This document shows, piece after piece, positions 1 to 15,689 of a DNA stretch of 64,000 nucleotides. The position numbers were made by a program, and so were the translations under genes. The stretch's first letter is position 1. The number at the start of each line of letters is the position of its first letter. Location of the stretch: the NCBI GenBank assembly GCA_000004695.1, contig CM000152.2, positions 5,632,001-5,696,000 on the forward strand. The letters run 5' to 3'. The stretch is from Dictyostelium discoideum. Lineage: Eukaryota. The notes under the pieces were generated by a model. The model saw nothing but the letters and a program-made list of their open reading frames with translations. It was not told the DNA's origin and did not search any database.

Positions 1-342
1 TATAATTGCAAGTTCAACATGCCATTGCAGTTAATTAATTTAATTAACTCTAATTAATTAATTTATTAATTAATTCAACCTTGGAATTAATTTCCTTTGG
101 TCATTAAAAAAATGTATATATGTAAAAATATAAATAAAAATTAACATTGTGAAATTTTTTAAAAAATAAATCTATTTTAATAATAAATTAATAAAATGAA
201 TAATTATTGTGAGGAAAAAAAAAAAAAAAAAAGAATAATAATTAAATGATATTACATTTATAATTTATTTTATTGTTTTTATTAAATATTATTTATGGAT
301 ATTATTAATTTTATTAATTTAAATCTATTTTAATACGATAAA

Positions 343-382
<40 letters not shown>

Positions 383-423
383 CTTTAAAATTAAATTGCA
401 CATGTGGAATTAAAATATATTTT

Positions 424-497
424 TTATTGAGAGTTTGCTTTTTTACAAGGTCTTGAATCAGTGAGTAATAGACTGTCATCATCATTACCATTATTGA

Positions 498-555
<58 letters not shown>

Positions 556-1719
556 GTTGTTGTTCTGTTCTTGTTCCTTTATTAAATCAATATTAACAGT
601 TGTATTATATTTTTCGATTAAAGTTAAAATTGAATTTGAAAGTTCTAAAAAGTTTACAGGTTTTGAACAATGTAAATCGAAACCACTTTTTAAAACCTTT
701 TCTTTATCAGATGAGGAAACGGAAGCAGTTAAAGCAATGATTGGAGTTTTTTTATTTTGAGTGTTAATCTTTTCTCTATCTCTTAATTTTCTAACCATTG
801 AATAACCATCTTCAAATGGCATGGTAAGATCGGAAAGGATAATATCTGGTTGAGGTTTACTTGAATCACAGAGAAAAGCATAAGCATCAGAGACGCGTTG
901 AAAAGTATCAATTCTTTTTGCACCCAATTTATAAAGCATCGACGAGAATAGATGTGTTGTCTCCTCTAAATCATCTACTAGCATTATTTGAATTCCACCT
1001 AATAAATTCTTATTACTATTTGCTTTTGGTGATCTCAAATTAGGACTCATACTATTATTATTATTATTATTACTATTATTATTATTATTATTATTGTTGT
1101 TTGACGATGATTTTAATTCAGATAAAGGAGATGAGAATGGTGATAAAGTTGGTAAAATAAATGATGGTGATGGCGATGGTAATGGTAATGAATTAATCAT
1201 GTTAATTGCTGAACTTGGAGGTGTTGGTATTGTAGTATTATTACTGTTATCATCGTTGTTACTATTATTAATGTTATTATTTATTGCATTTGTAATAATA
1301 GTTTTTAAAAGAGAGTTATTATTATTATTGTTGTTATTATTATTATTTATAACCAAAGATAATTTTGGATTTAAATTTGTTGATGGGATTTGTGATATTT
1401 CTAAATTAATTTTTTTGATATCACCAATGTTATTATTGTTATTATTACTATTATTATTATTATTGATTGGATTCAATGCTGGTGAAGGTATCAAATTTGA
1501 AGAGTTCACTAAAAAGTTTTCAGAAATTGATGAGGTTGGAGGTGGTGGTGGTGTTCTTAATCTTAAATCTACATTATTATTCTCATTATTGTTTATTTCT
1601 TCTCTTTGTCTTTTACCTAATTTTTCATTATTATTTGAATTATTATTATTATTATTATTATGATGATAATTATTATTATTATTATTATGATTATTATTAA
1701 TTAAATTATTAATATTTAA

Positions 1720-1805
<86 letters not shown>

Positions 1806-1845
1806 TATTATTATTATTACTATTATTATTATTATAATTATTATA

Positions 1846-1935
<90 letters not shown>

Positions 1936-4900
1936 ATAATTTGTTGGTTGACTAAAGAAAGGTTTTTTAATTAAAGGTGGTGAAGATGAACAAGATAATT
2001 GATTTGAAGGAGAAGAATTTGAAGAGGAAGAACCTTTAATGATAGGTAATACGACAGTGAATTGTGAACCTTTATTTTCACCTTCACTATTTGCATAGAC
2101 GGCACCTTTATGAAGGTGAATAATATTTTGAGTGATTGAAAGACCAATACCCAAACCACCATAGGATCTAGTTGAACTACAATCAGCTTGTTTAAAACGA
2201 TCGAAAACACTTGGAAGGAACTGTTTTGGTATGCCTTTACCATTGTCAGTGATAGTGAAAAGGATCCAACGATCACCATGACGATTGATTGTGTTAAACA
2301 TTGGATTGGAACAAAAACCCAATACTTCACGTGAAGGTATTTGATTTACAACCTTTAGATTTAAATGGATTCTACCTTTTTCTTTAGTGAATTTAATAGA
2401 GTTTGAAAGTAGATTCCAAATGACTTGTTGCAATCTTGCTTTATCACCAACGATGTTACGTAGAATTGAGGATTCTTCTTCACCTTCACCTTGAATATTG
2501 GAATGGACAGAGATCTTTTTAGATTGAGCTGTAACGAGTATTGAGGAGATTGCATTCTCAATTAAAATTGGTAAATCAACATCACCTAAAATTAAACTAA
2601 ACTTATCACCAATAATTAATGACATATCCAAAAGATCATTGATAAGTTGATTTTGAGAGCTTGCACAACGTTCAATAGTTTCTAAACCAGTTCTAACTGT
2701 TGAATCATCACCTGAAATTGAACCACTGCCACCACCACTACTACCACCACTATCAATATCATATAACAATAATTGACACCAACCTAAAATTCCATTTAAT
2801 GGAGTACGAAGTTCATGAGATAAATTCATAAAGAATTCATCTTTTGATTTATTTGTATTATTTAGTAGATTTCTTTCTTTTTCCAATTCACCAACCAAAG
2901 TTTGTAAATCTCTTTTCTTATTTGTTAATTGATTAATTAATTCTTGAAGATCTGTATTTGCAGAACTTAATTCTTCTTGTAGGAATTGTTTTGCTTTTTT
3001 CATAGTCATTAAATTAACTACACGTGCCACCAATTCTTCAGAGGAGAATGGTTTATTGACATAATCAGAGACACCATTTTGTAATAGTTTAATTCTTAAA
3101 TTTTCATCAGCTTTTGCAGTTAATAAAAGTATAGGAATATTATCAAATTGTTCATCGGATCTTAATTGTTCAACCATTTCATCACCACTCATACGTGGCA
3201 TCATACAATCGGTTACAATGAGATCGGGTGTTATTGCTCTTGTCTTTTCAATGCCCTCAACACCATCGAATGCTGTGACCACGAAATAATATTTACTTAA
3301 TAACTCTGCAATGAATCTATTCATCTCTGGATTATCTTCAACCACTAAAACTATTGGTTTATTATGTATATTTTCTTGTGATTGATAAAATTGTTTCTCT
3401 GTTAATTCCTCAACAGCTTGTTGAGCAATTGCATGAACTCCCATTATACTACCCATATTATCTTTTAATGCATTTGAAGCAATATCTGAAGATGTATTTG
3501 TTTTTTTTAAAATATTAAAATTTAAACCATCCTCATCATCGTCGTCGTCGTCGTCGTCATTATCGTCGTCGTTTATTTTATATTTATTATCGATATTATT
3601 TAAAATTAATTTTGGTTGTTGTAAATTTTGTTGTTGTTGTTGTTGTTGTTGTTGTTCTTGTTGTTGTTGTTGATATAATTGTTGTTGAATTTCAGAAATA
3701 TTTTGATCGGATATAGTTTTTTTATAAAGATGCTCATCCATATTTGGAGTGAGTGGTAGTCTGAGGGTGAATTGAGCACCACCAGTTGAAATGTTATGAA
3801 TGGTGACAGTGCCACCATGTAAAGTTACAAACTCCTTTACAATTGAAAGACCTAAACCAGTGCCACCATGCTTTCTAGTTGAAGAACCATCCACTTGTCT
3901 AAACCTTTCAAAGATGATCTCGTGTAAATTATCTGGTATACCAGGACCAGTATCAGACACCACGATTTGAAAGCCAGGTTTATTTGGTGACAAATCAAAT
4001 TTCTCTAAAATACACTTTACTGCACCACCTGATGGTGTGAATTTAAATGCATTGGAAATCAAATTTGTTATAACTCTTTGCATTTTATCTGCATCAATTG
4101 CTGCCATCATTGGTTCAGATGGTGTAATGATTGAGAAATCCAATGATTTCTCTCTTGCTAAAATCTCAAAACAACTTGCAATCAAATGAACGGTTTGACC
4201 TAAATTAACCATACTATAATTTAAATTCATTTTACCTGCTTCCAATCTACTTATATCTAATAAATTATTTACAATCTTTAATAATCCTCTTGCATTTCTT
4301 GCAACAATCTCTAAATCTTTTCTAACATTTATATCTACATTTTCATCTTTTAATAATTTATCTGTTGGTCCAACAATTAATGCTAATGGTGTTCTTAATT
4401 CATGTGAAACATTTGCACTAAAAAAAAAAAAAAAATTAGGTTATTATTATTTTTTTTTTTTTTTTTTTATTTTTTTATTTTTAAAAAATTACTTACAAAA
4501 ATTGAGTTTTTAATTCATCCAATTCTTTAATTTTTTCATATAAACTTCTTAATTCATTATTTTTTCTTTCGATTTCTAATTCACCTAATCTTTTTTCAGT
4601 GATATTTCTACCCTCGGGTAAGATGAGTGATACCTCACCTTTATCGTTAAATAATGGCATCAATGAGAAATCAATTGTAATCTTTTCGGTACCAGCTGAT
4701 TTACCAAAGATTTCAGTTTCATAACGTATAAATTCACCTTTTGATGCTTTATGAACTGCCTCTCTAACATTATCTATATTCTCTTGTGATGTTGCCCACC
4801 ATCTACAATCCCAAAATGGTATACCTTGAATACTTGAACGTATCATACCACCACCTTGTAATGCTGGTTCATTTACATCTAATAAATTACCATTAACATC

Positions 4901-5271
4901 TAATAATGCTACAAACTAAATAATTATTTAAAAAAAAATAATAAAAAAATAAAAATAAAAATAAAAAAATAAAAAATAAAAATAATTAATACAATATTAA
5001 AATTATTGATTAATTTATTAATTAAATAATATTTAAAACTTACTTGATACATTTCATCTAACATAATACGTGCATTTTTATTCGAATTTGAGACAGCTCT
5101 TAGATGATTAATTTCTTCAATAAGTTCTTCTCTAGTTTTTTCATGGTCAGGTTTTTGCTTTCTCATATAATGAATCTGTTGTTGTTGACTGGTTATACTA
5201 AATACTGCTCCTGTATCCCCATCAGCCTTTAAATAATTGGTTGAGGCCGTAGTTGTTGATATATCTTGCAT
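424..5271 (-). CDS. dhkD: Double hybrid histidine kinase (PAS/PAC, HisKA, HATPase, receiver, HisKA, HATPase, receiver). Three exons: 5271..5044, 4915..4497, 4417..424. Predicted 1546 aa.
   Basis: The 1273-aa ORF contains two HATPase_c cores (DTGPGIP...GGTGLGLSIVK and DNGKGIP...GGLGIGLSI) and two receiver domains (LVVEDNPEMN...DLIVTDCMMP and IMLVDDLEETT...DIILSDLTMP). A HisKA H-box lies immediately upstream (ANVSHELRTPLA and MNLSHELRTPLNGI). The upstream ORF 4493..4846 is PAS/PAC-like. Minus-strand GTAAGT donors are at 5043 and 4496, and AG acceptors at 4916 and 4418, with consistent phases. The spliced length of 1546 aa equals the length I recall for DhkD. The symbol is a recollection-based assignment, with about 0.5 confidence on the name. 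Confidence 0.85.
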
Positions 5272-6519
5272 TATTATTATTATTATACTTAATAATTATT
5301 ATTATTATAATAATTATAATTATTATTATTATTATTTATTATTTTTATTATTATTATTATTATTATTTATTATTGTTTTTTTTATATATATGTGAATTTA
5401 TGTGATAAAATAATGCAAATAAATAAATTTGTGGAGAGTGTGTTTGGTGTGTATTTATGCGTATGTGTGTTTTTGGTGTGTGTGTGAATGTGTTAGTGAG
5501 TGTGTATCAAATCATATATGTTTACATATAAAGTTTTTAATAAATAAATTAAAATAAAAATAAAAATAAAAAAAGAGAAAAGACACACTTATTTATGTTT
5601 CTAATATATTAATATGTAGTACATGTGTTATTTATTTATAATTATATTGTTTTGTTTTGTTTTTTTTTTTTTTTTTTTTTTGGTGTTTCGTTTATTTTTT
5701 TTTTTTTTTTTATTTTTTTTTTTTTTTTTTATTTTTTTATTTTCAAAATTTTTATTATTTTTAAATTTAGTTTAGTTTAGTTTATTATTAAATTATTTAA
5801 TTTGCTTATATATGTGTGCATTTTAACCAAAGGAAAAATAAAAAAAAATAGTTTTATTTTTTTATTTTTTTAATTAATTAATTCAAAAAAAAAGTTTTTT
5901 TAATTAAATTTTTTTTTTTTTTTTTTTTAAATTTTTTTTTTTAATTTTTTTTTTTTTTTTTTATTTTTTTATTTTTGTACCTCTTTTTTTATTATTGTTA
6001 TTATTATTTTTTTTTTTTTTCATAAAAAAATTAAAAATAATATTTAAACAGTTAGCAGTTAGAGTGAAAGACTTTTTTAGAAAAAATAAAAAATAAAAAA
6101 AAAATACCAAACTTATTATGAAATAAAATTTAAAATAAATAAATAAATTACATAAACCAAATTTAAAAAAAAAAATAAAAAATAAAAAAATTTAATTAAA
6201 AAAAGAGTTCATTGTTGGTGAGAGTGTATTTATTGGGCTACTTTGTTTCTTTTAAATCGAGATAAATCCCGAGATTCAATCTTTTTTATTTTTTTTTTGG
6301 AATTTTTTTTTTTTTTTGGAATTTTGTTTTGTTTAATTTTATTTTATTTTTATTTTTATTTTTTTTTTTGGGGGATTTAATTAATCTATAATCAAATTAC
6401 AAATGGTGTTATGTGAAAATGATTTGTTTTTTATTTTTTTTTTAATTAATTTATTATTATATTAATTAAAAAATTGACCAATGAAAAGTTGAATTAAATT
6501 TAGTTTAATCAAAAAAAAA

Positions 6520-6563
<44 letters not shown>

Positions 6564-7989
6564 ACTTTATATATAATGATAATTTTTTATTTTTATATAA
6601 ATATATATATATATTATTTTCCAAATTATTGAAAATTGAATTGATTGTTTAGTTTGGAGGCCACCTATTAAATTAACCCTATTAAAGGTATAAAAATAAA
6701 AAAACAATTGAAAATTAGTTTTCCACCATAATTGGTACATCTAATTAATAAATAATAAAATAAAAATTTCAGTATTTTAGAAACTTTTTTTTTTATTTAT
6801 TTATTTATTTATTTGTTTTAATAATATTCCTCAATTTTCAAAAGTATTAATTGGAATATTTTTTAATTCCAACATATCTAATATTTAAAATGAAAACCAA
6901 CAAAAATATTTTTTTTTTTAAATAACATCATAAAAAAACCTAATTCTATATAAGATATAATTCTATATATATATATAATTTATTTATAAATATTTAATAA
7001 ATAGATAATTTATTTCTTTTTTTTTTCATTTTTTTTTTTTTTTTTTTTCATTTTTTTTTTTTTTTTTTTTAAATAACACCATAATATTATTTTGATTAAA
7101 ATATATTTTTTTTTTTTTTTTTTGAAGTCTATTTTTATTTTTATATAAAATTATTTAATTATTCTATTTTTAAATACACACCACACATTCACACCACCAT
7201 AATTTTTTTTTATTTTTTTTTTTTCTATTTTTATTTTTTTTTTTTTTTTATTTTTTTTTTTTTCGAATGGAAAGTGTAAAAAAAAATTAATTTTAATAAA
7301 AATAATAATACAAAAAAGTGAAACTACCCCAATAATTCTTAAAATAATCTGTTGAAAAGGAAATTTTGTACACATAGAGACTAATTGTTTATTTATCCTT
7401 TCTAATCGATTGTTTTTTTTTTTTTTTTTTAAAATTTCACATTAAAAAAAAAATAAAAAATAAAAATTAAAAAAATTAAAAAAAGGAAAAGGGGTAGTCA
7501 CGCTGTTTCGTTTGATGTTAACTTAACTAACTTTTTTTTTTTTATTTTTTATTTTTTATTATTTTTTTTTTAATTAAAATTTTAATTTAATTTAATTTTT
7601 TTTTTTTTTTTTATAATTTTTTAATTTCTCTATAAAAAGATTTAAATTTTTTAATTTTTTATTTTTTCAAATTCATTTTTATTATACAAATATTAAATTG
7701 TATGTATTCAAATAAATTAACATATTTTTTAAAATCTATATTGAAATAAATTATTTGTTTTAATTACTATTTTTTTATAAAAAAAAATATTTAATTTTTT
7801 TTTTTTTTTTTTTAAAATTAATTACTAATATAAATATTTTTTTATTTTTTTTTATTCTTTTTTAATTTTTTATTCATTTTAATATTCTATAGCATATTTT
7901 ATTTTTTTATATATTGTAACATTTCATAAAAAAAAAAAAAAAAAAAAAAATTAAAAAATCAACTTATTTGAAAAAAAAAAAAATAATAA

Positions 7990-9144
<1,155 letters not shown>

Positions 9145-9698
9145 AATTACCCACACACAAAATTTATCTTATGTGACCTATTCCAAAAAAAAAAAAAAAA
9201 AAATATATTTTCAATAACAAAATAAAAATCTTTTTTTCAAATAGTTAAAAAAAAAAATCAATTTGTTTATTAATTTTAAATTTATTATTATTTTGTTTTT
9301 TTTTTTTTTTTCCCCAAGTTAATCCTTTAGTTAATTTATTTTTTATTTTGTTTTTTTTTTTTTTTTTTTTTTTCCTCAAGGTTTAATTATTTTCAAAAAC
9401 ATATGAATTTTCGGTTAATATCTGCAAATTTTCGAATCAGTTTATTTGAAAAAAAGTTAAAAAAAAAATTATTTTATTTTTTTTTTTTTTGAATTTAATA
9501 TTTTTTTTTTTTTTTTTTTTTTTATAAAAAAAAAACTCACAAACACCATCATTGTACCATAAAAAAAAAAAATAAAAAAAAAAAAAATAAAAAAAGAGAT
9601 AAAAATATCAATAGAATTCTAAAGAATTATTTAAATATTTATTTATACCTGTAATTTTAATTGTATTATAAAAACTTTTAAAAAAAAAAAAAAAAAAA

Positions 9699-12600
9699 AT
9701 GTTTTTTAAAGGTAAAAAAAAAGATAAAGAAAAGGAAAAATCACATGGTAATATTGGAAATGTAATATCAGTTGAAAATAAAACAGGTAGTCAATCAAAT
9801 TTACATGTTGAACAAAATTTATCAAATGAAGATTTAAAAATTCAATTCTCACAATTACTCTATGAATTGGGTGTACCAGAAGCAAAAAGAGTTGAAATGG
9901 AGTTATGGTCAAATGATAAGAAATGGATGTTATTAGTTCAAAATAAAGATAAAATCAAAGAGAATGAAGAAAAGATGAAACAAAAAGGTTCACTCTATGA
10001 AACACCACAATTTTATCTTTCATTATTACGTGAAAATGCTTCAATTCAAAAAACAATCTCTGATCTTAAAGTATCGTTGGCTTCAAATAAATTATCTTGG
10101 ATTGATTCTTTCATTGGTTTATCAGGTTTTGATGAAATTTTAAAAATTTTTCAAACTTTTCAATTAAAACCAGAGTAAGTTTTTAATTTAAATTAAAAAA
10201 AAAAAAAAATAGTATAAATTATTAATTAATTTTTATTTTTTTTAAATTTTTTAAAAAAATAATAAATAGAAAAAATTCAATTGATTTTTTAATTTTATTT
10301 GATTGTGTTAATATTATAAAATCAATATTAAATAGTCAAAGTGGTGTTAAATCAGTGATGACAACATCACATACATTTAAAGTATTGGTATTATGTTTAG
10401 ATCAAAGTTATCCACCAGAATTAAGAAATGCAGTATTACAATTGACAGCAGCATTAACATTGTTACCAACGGTTGGACATAGTTATGTATTGGAGGCAAT
10501 TGAAAATTTCAAAGTTTCAAATCGTGAGAAAGTACGTTTCCAAACCATTATTGAGGGTGCAAAATCAGTATCAAACACTCAACTTCATTATGAATATTTA
10601 ACAAGTTTTATGAATTTAGTAAACTCTATCGTAAATTCACCAGCAGATTTACAAGTTCGTATTGGTTTACGTTCAGAATTTACCGCTTTGAAATTGATTG
10701 AATTAATATCAAACTCAAAGGGTGTCTCTGAAGATTTAGACACTCAAATCAATCTATTCTTTGAATGTATGGAAGAGGATAACGATGAAGTTGGTGCACA
10801 TTACAAAGAGGTTAACATTAGATCACCAAGTGAAGTTAGCACTAAAATAGATACCCTATTACAAAGTCATCCAGCACTTCATCATCATTTCATTTCAATC
10901 ATTAAAGGATTATATACTTTAGCTTCAACTCAATCTGATTTAGGTGGTTCAATGTGGAATATTTTAGATGAATCTGTTGGTTTAATCTTAAAAGATCCTT
11001 CAAAAGAATCTCAACTTGAAAAATTACAAAATGAAAATAATAATTTAAAATTACAATTATCTGAAATAAAATTAAATAATAGTAATAATAATAATAATAA
11101 TAATAATAGTAATAATAATAATAATGATAGTAATGTTTCAACTCCAAATATTAATACTGGTTCACCTTTACTTCCACCACAACAATATCAAGATCTTGAA
11201 CAAAAATTACAATTAACTCAAAATGAAAAAAATGAATCACAAAATAAAGTTAAACAGTTGGAATCAGAGATTAAAGGTTTAAATTCAACTCTTACAGGTT
11301 TACAATTAAAAGTTACAAAATTAGAAGCAGATTTATTAAGTGTTAGTGTTACAACACCACCTTCAGATACTAATGGTACTACATCACCACCAATCGAAGC
11401 ACCATCATCACCATCATTGGGTGCCCCACCACCACCACCACCACCACCACCTGCTCCACCAGTTTCAGGAGGAGGTCCACCACCACCTCCACCTCCACCA
11501 CCACCATCATCAGGAGGAGGTCCACCACCACCACCTCCACCACCATCATCAGGAGGTCCACCACCACCACCTCCACCTCCAGGTGGAATGAAAAAACCAG
11601 GTGCACCAGCTGTACCAAATTTACCACCAAAAAAATCATCAGTACCATCTGTTAAAATGGTTGGTCTTCAATGGAAAAAAGTTAATAATAATGTAATTGA
11701 AAATTCAATTTGGATGAATGTTAAAGATTATAATTTGAATGATCAATTTAAACAACTTGAAGAATTATTCCAAGTTAAAAAACCAACTGCAACTACTCCA
11801 ACTGCTCCAGTAGGTGGTGCAAGTAATGTAGCAGTTGGTGGTGGTAGTGGTTCAAAATCAATAGTATCAACACCAACTATCAGTATTTTAGATCCAAAAA
11901 GATCACAAGCAATTATGATTATGTTATCAAGATTTAAGATTTCATTTCCAGATTTAAGTAAAGCAATAACAAATTTAGATGAAAGTAAATTAAATTTAGA
12001 GGATGCAAAATCTTTATTGAAATTTGTACCAAGTTCAGAGGAAATTGAATTATTAAAAGAAGAGGATCCATCATGTTTTGGTAAACCAGAACAATTCCTT
12101 TGGGAACTTAGTAAAATCAATAGAATCTCTGAGAAATTGGAATGTTTTATCTTTAAACAAAAACTTTCAACTCAAATCGAAGAATTAACACCAGATATTA
12201 ACGCATTATTAAAAGGTTCAATGGAAACCAAAAATAATAAATCATTCCATCAAATTCTAGAGATTGTATTATCATTGGGTAATTTCATTAATGGTGGTAC
12301 ACCACGTGGTGATATTTACGGTTTCAAATTGGATTCTCTTAGTGGTCTATTGGATTGTCGTTCACCTTCAGATTCAAAAGTAACCTTAATGACTTGGTTA
12401 ATTCAATTCTTGGAGAATAAACATCCATCTCTTTTGGAATTCCATCAAGAGTTTACTGCAATCGATGAGGCAAAGAGAGTATCAATTCAAAATTTACGTT
12501 CAGAAGTTGCTTCATTAAAGAAAGGTTTAACATTGCTAACTAATGAAGTTGAAAAGAGTGAAGGTGCTTCAAAGACAATTTTAAGTGGTTTCGTTGGTAA

Positions 12601-13174
12601 ATCAACAGATGCCGTCACTTTAATTGAAAAACAATTTAATACCGCCCTTGAATCCTTTAATTCAACCGTACAATTCTATGGTGAAGATGTTAAAACTTCA
12701 TCACCTGAAGAATTCTTCCAACATGTTTCAAAATTCAAAAATGAATTCAAACGTACAATTGAATCAATTCAAAAGGAAAGAGAAAATGTTCAAAAATTAG
12801 CCGCTAGAAAGAAAGCTGCTGCTTCTGGTCCATCTGTGCCATCTGCTTCTGGTTCTTCAATTAATATCGCTCCAAAATCTGGTGTTTCTCCAATTACTCC
12901 AACTTCAAAATCTTCAATTTCAATCTCACAAAAACCACCACAATCAACTCAACCATCAATTTCTGTTCAGCAACAACAACAACAACACCATGGCGACGAC
13001 GATGATGATATACCACAAAATGGTACTTTTATGGATCAATTAATGAGTAAAATGAAAGGTGGTGAAGCAATTCGTGCATCTAGAAGAGCTTCACAATATG
13101 TTTTCACTCAAAATGGCGCTGGTGGTGTTGGTGCAATCGATGCATTAAATGCTGCATTGAAAAATAAAAAATAA
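9699..13174 (+). CDS. Diaphanous-related formin (GBD/FH3, coiled coil, FH1 poly-Pro, FH2, DAD). Two exons: 9699..10174 and 10336..13174. About 1104 aa.
   Basis: The N-terminal ORF joins the main ORF through a GTAAGT donor at 10175 and an AATAG acceptor ending at 10335, phase 2. The FH1 region is GAPPPPPPPPPAPP...SGGGPPPPPPPP. The FH2 core includes GNFINGGTPRGDIYGFKLDSL. The C-terminus has a basic DAD-like motif, DQLMSKMKGGEAIRASRRAS. Confidence 0.85.
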
Positions 13175-13325
13175 ATTAAAAAAACAAATATAATAAAAAA
13201 TAAAAAAAAAAAATAAAAAATTAAAAAAACAAAAATAATAAGAAAAAAATAAAAATAAAAAAAAATTCGCAAATATTTATTTATATAAAAATTAAAAAAA
13301 TTATGTTGTAATGTGTCACACAATA

Positions 13326-13469
<144 letters not shown>

Positions 13470-13910
13470 CAAATAACTCATTTGTACATTCAATGATATT
13501 TATAAAATTAATAGAACAACACGCTTAAAAAAAAACAAAAAAAACAATGTGTGTGTGGTGGTTATATTTAACCCCCCTCCCACTTAAAAAGACAAGAGAA
13601 ACTTTCTATTATGTACGACATACTTATTGACAACACAAATATTTCCATCGATTGAATTATATTAAACAAACTCTTCAAACACTCGCTAACGAAGTAATGT
13701 TAAACCCATACACAAAACAATGTTTTTTTTTAATTTATTTTTTTATTTTTTCTTAAAAAAATAGAAAAAAAAAAAATAAAAAAAAAGAGTATAAATAAAT
13801 TTTTTTTTTTTTTTTTTTTTTTCATTACCCTTAAAAAATAACAATTAACTTCTTAAACAAATCAAATAATAATTTATTACTTTTAAAAATAAAAAAAAAC
13901 TATCTAAAAA

Positions 13911-14187
13911 ATGTCAATTTTAAGTAAGTTAAAAAATATTATAAAAATAAATTAGATTTAAAATAAAAAAGTATTAATTAATTTTATAAAAAAAAAAAAA
14001 AAAAAAAAAAATAGAATCATTAACTTCAATTTCAAAAATTTCAAAATCATCAAATGATTCAATTTTAAATATAAATAATTCAAATAATTTAAATTCATCA
14101 AATCAAAACTCTAATAATGAAATCTCAAGATGGACTCCAATTTTTACAGTTATTGGTAGAGGTGGTAAAAATGTCATTGCTGCTTAA
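13911..14187 (+). CDS. Small novel protein, paralog A (about 60 aa). Exons 13911..13923 and 14015..14187.
   Basis: ATGTCAATTTTAA is followed by a GTAAGT donor and an ...AATAG acceptor. It translates to MSILK-SLTSISKISKSSNDSILNINNSNNLNSSNQNSNNEISRWTPIFTVIGRGGKNVIAA*. A paralog at 15342 shares the same intron position and C-terminal motif. Confidence 0.45.
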
Positions 14188-14215
14188 ATCAAATGTCATT
14201 GCTTCATTATAAAAT

Positions 14216-14255
<40 letters not shown>

Positions 14256-15194
14256 TTCATTTATTAGTTTGTACTTTAATGTATTTTTAATTTGAAGTCC
14301 GAATATATTTATTAATTTCCAAAATAAAAATTAAAAAAAAAAAAAAAAAAAAGTGTTTAATAAAATTAATTATTTATTATAAAATAAAAAAATTGGTTTT
14401 TTATTTATTTTTTTTTCAAAAAATATATAATCATATATTTTTTTTTTTAAATAATAATAATTTAATTGTGTTATGATAATTTTAGGTTTTTTTTTTTTTT
14501 TGAAAAAAGTAAAATTTAATAAACAGTTTTGTATATTGGACTTGGTTTCTTGAATAAATTTATAGTTAACTAAATCCAATAATAATTATTTTTACAAATC
14601 TCAAAGATTTTAATAATTACAAATTTTTTTTTTTTTTTTTTTTAACTTGGACATCATTTTTTCAACATATTATTTAAATTTTTTAATTTTAGTAACTACC
14701 TCGTATGTTTTTATAAAATTTTTTAAATCATAATTTTACATCAATGGTTCGATTTTTATTGAATGGAGTTATATATTTTTAAATAGTGTTTTAATTTATT
14801 GAACAGATTTTGTATTTTTGGATTGTTTTTTTGTTTTTTTTGTTTTTTTTTTTAAAAAAAAAAAAAAAAATTAAAATTCCTTTTTTTTAATTTTAACTTT
14901 CCAATATTGTTATTTCGTTTAAATGTAAAAAAAATGGTTTTAAGGTTTTTTTTGTAAATTATGTGTGTGTATAAATTTTTTAATTTTTATCACCCACCCT
15001 TATATAGTAATTAAAACAAATATAATAAATAAATTCTATAAAAAAAAAAAAAAAAAATCATTAAAAATTTTCAATAACATCATTAAATGAAAAAAGTCCA
15101 AAAAAAGAGTATATTTTAATTAATAAAGAGACACTAATCCATTCAAAACCAAATATTAAAAATTTGTTTTGTCAGTTTTTTTTTTTTAATAATT

Positions 15195-15241
<47 letters not shown>

Positions 15242-15341
15242 CAATAATTTATTTTATAAAATCTTTTTTTTATTTTTAATTATTATTATTTTAAAAAAAT
15301 AACAATAAATTATAAATTATAAAAAAAAACAAAATATAAAA

Positions 15342-15588
15342 ATGTCAGTTTTAAGTAAGTGCTACTTTTTTATAAAGTTTTTAAAATAAAAATATAATTA
15401 TTCTAATTAATTTTAATTTAGAAAATATAACCTCACTTTCAACTTTTTCAAAATCTTTAAATTTAAAAAAACAAATATCTGTTGACTTTTCAAACAATAA
15501 TTCCCTTCAATCATTTAATAATTATTCTAGATGGAGTCCAAATTATACAATAATTGGATATTGTTGTAAAAATATCATTGCTGCTTGA
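15342..15588 (+). CDS. Small novel protein, paralog B (about 58 aa). Exons 15342..15354 and 15422..15588.
   Basis: ATGTCAGTTTTAA is followed by a GTAAGT donor and a TTTAG acceptor. It translates to MSVLK-NITSLSTFSKSLNLKKQISVDFSNNNSLQSFNNYSRWSPNYTIIGYCCKNIIAA*. It shares with paralog A the conserved SRW(T/S)P..T(V/I)IG...KN(V/I)IAA-stop. Confidence 0.45.
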
Positions 15589-15630
15589 TCATATTTTTAA
15601 AAATATTTATCCTAAACCGAATAATAAAAC

Positions 15631-15689
<59 letters not shown>

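Noticed and set aside
461-1700. Plus-strand ORFs rich in poly-Leu, poly-Ile and poly-Tyr (461..760, 1094..1663, 1467..1700) antisense to the histidine kinase.
   Set aside because: They are products of translating (TTA)n/(ATT)n repeats on the wrong strand of a well-supported gene. They have no start or splice context and no domain content.
11340-11648. Poly-His ORF (11340..11591 plus) and a Val/Leu-rich ORF (11379..11648 minus) in the formin FH1 region.
   Set aside because: These are alternative-frame and antisense readings of the CCA/CCT poly-proline FH1 repeat. The formin frame is continuous and domain-bearing.
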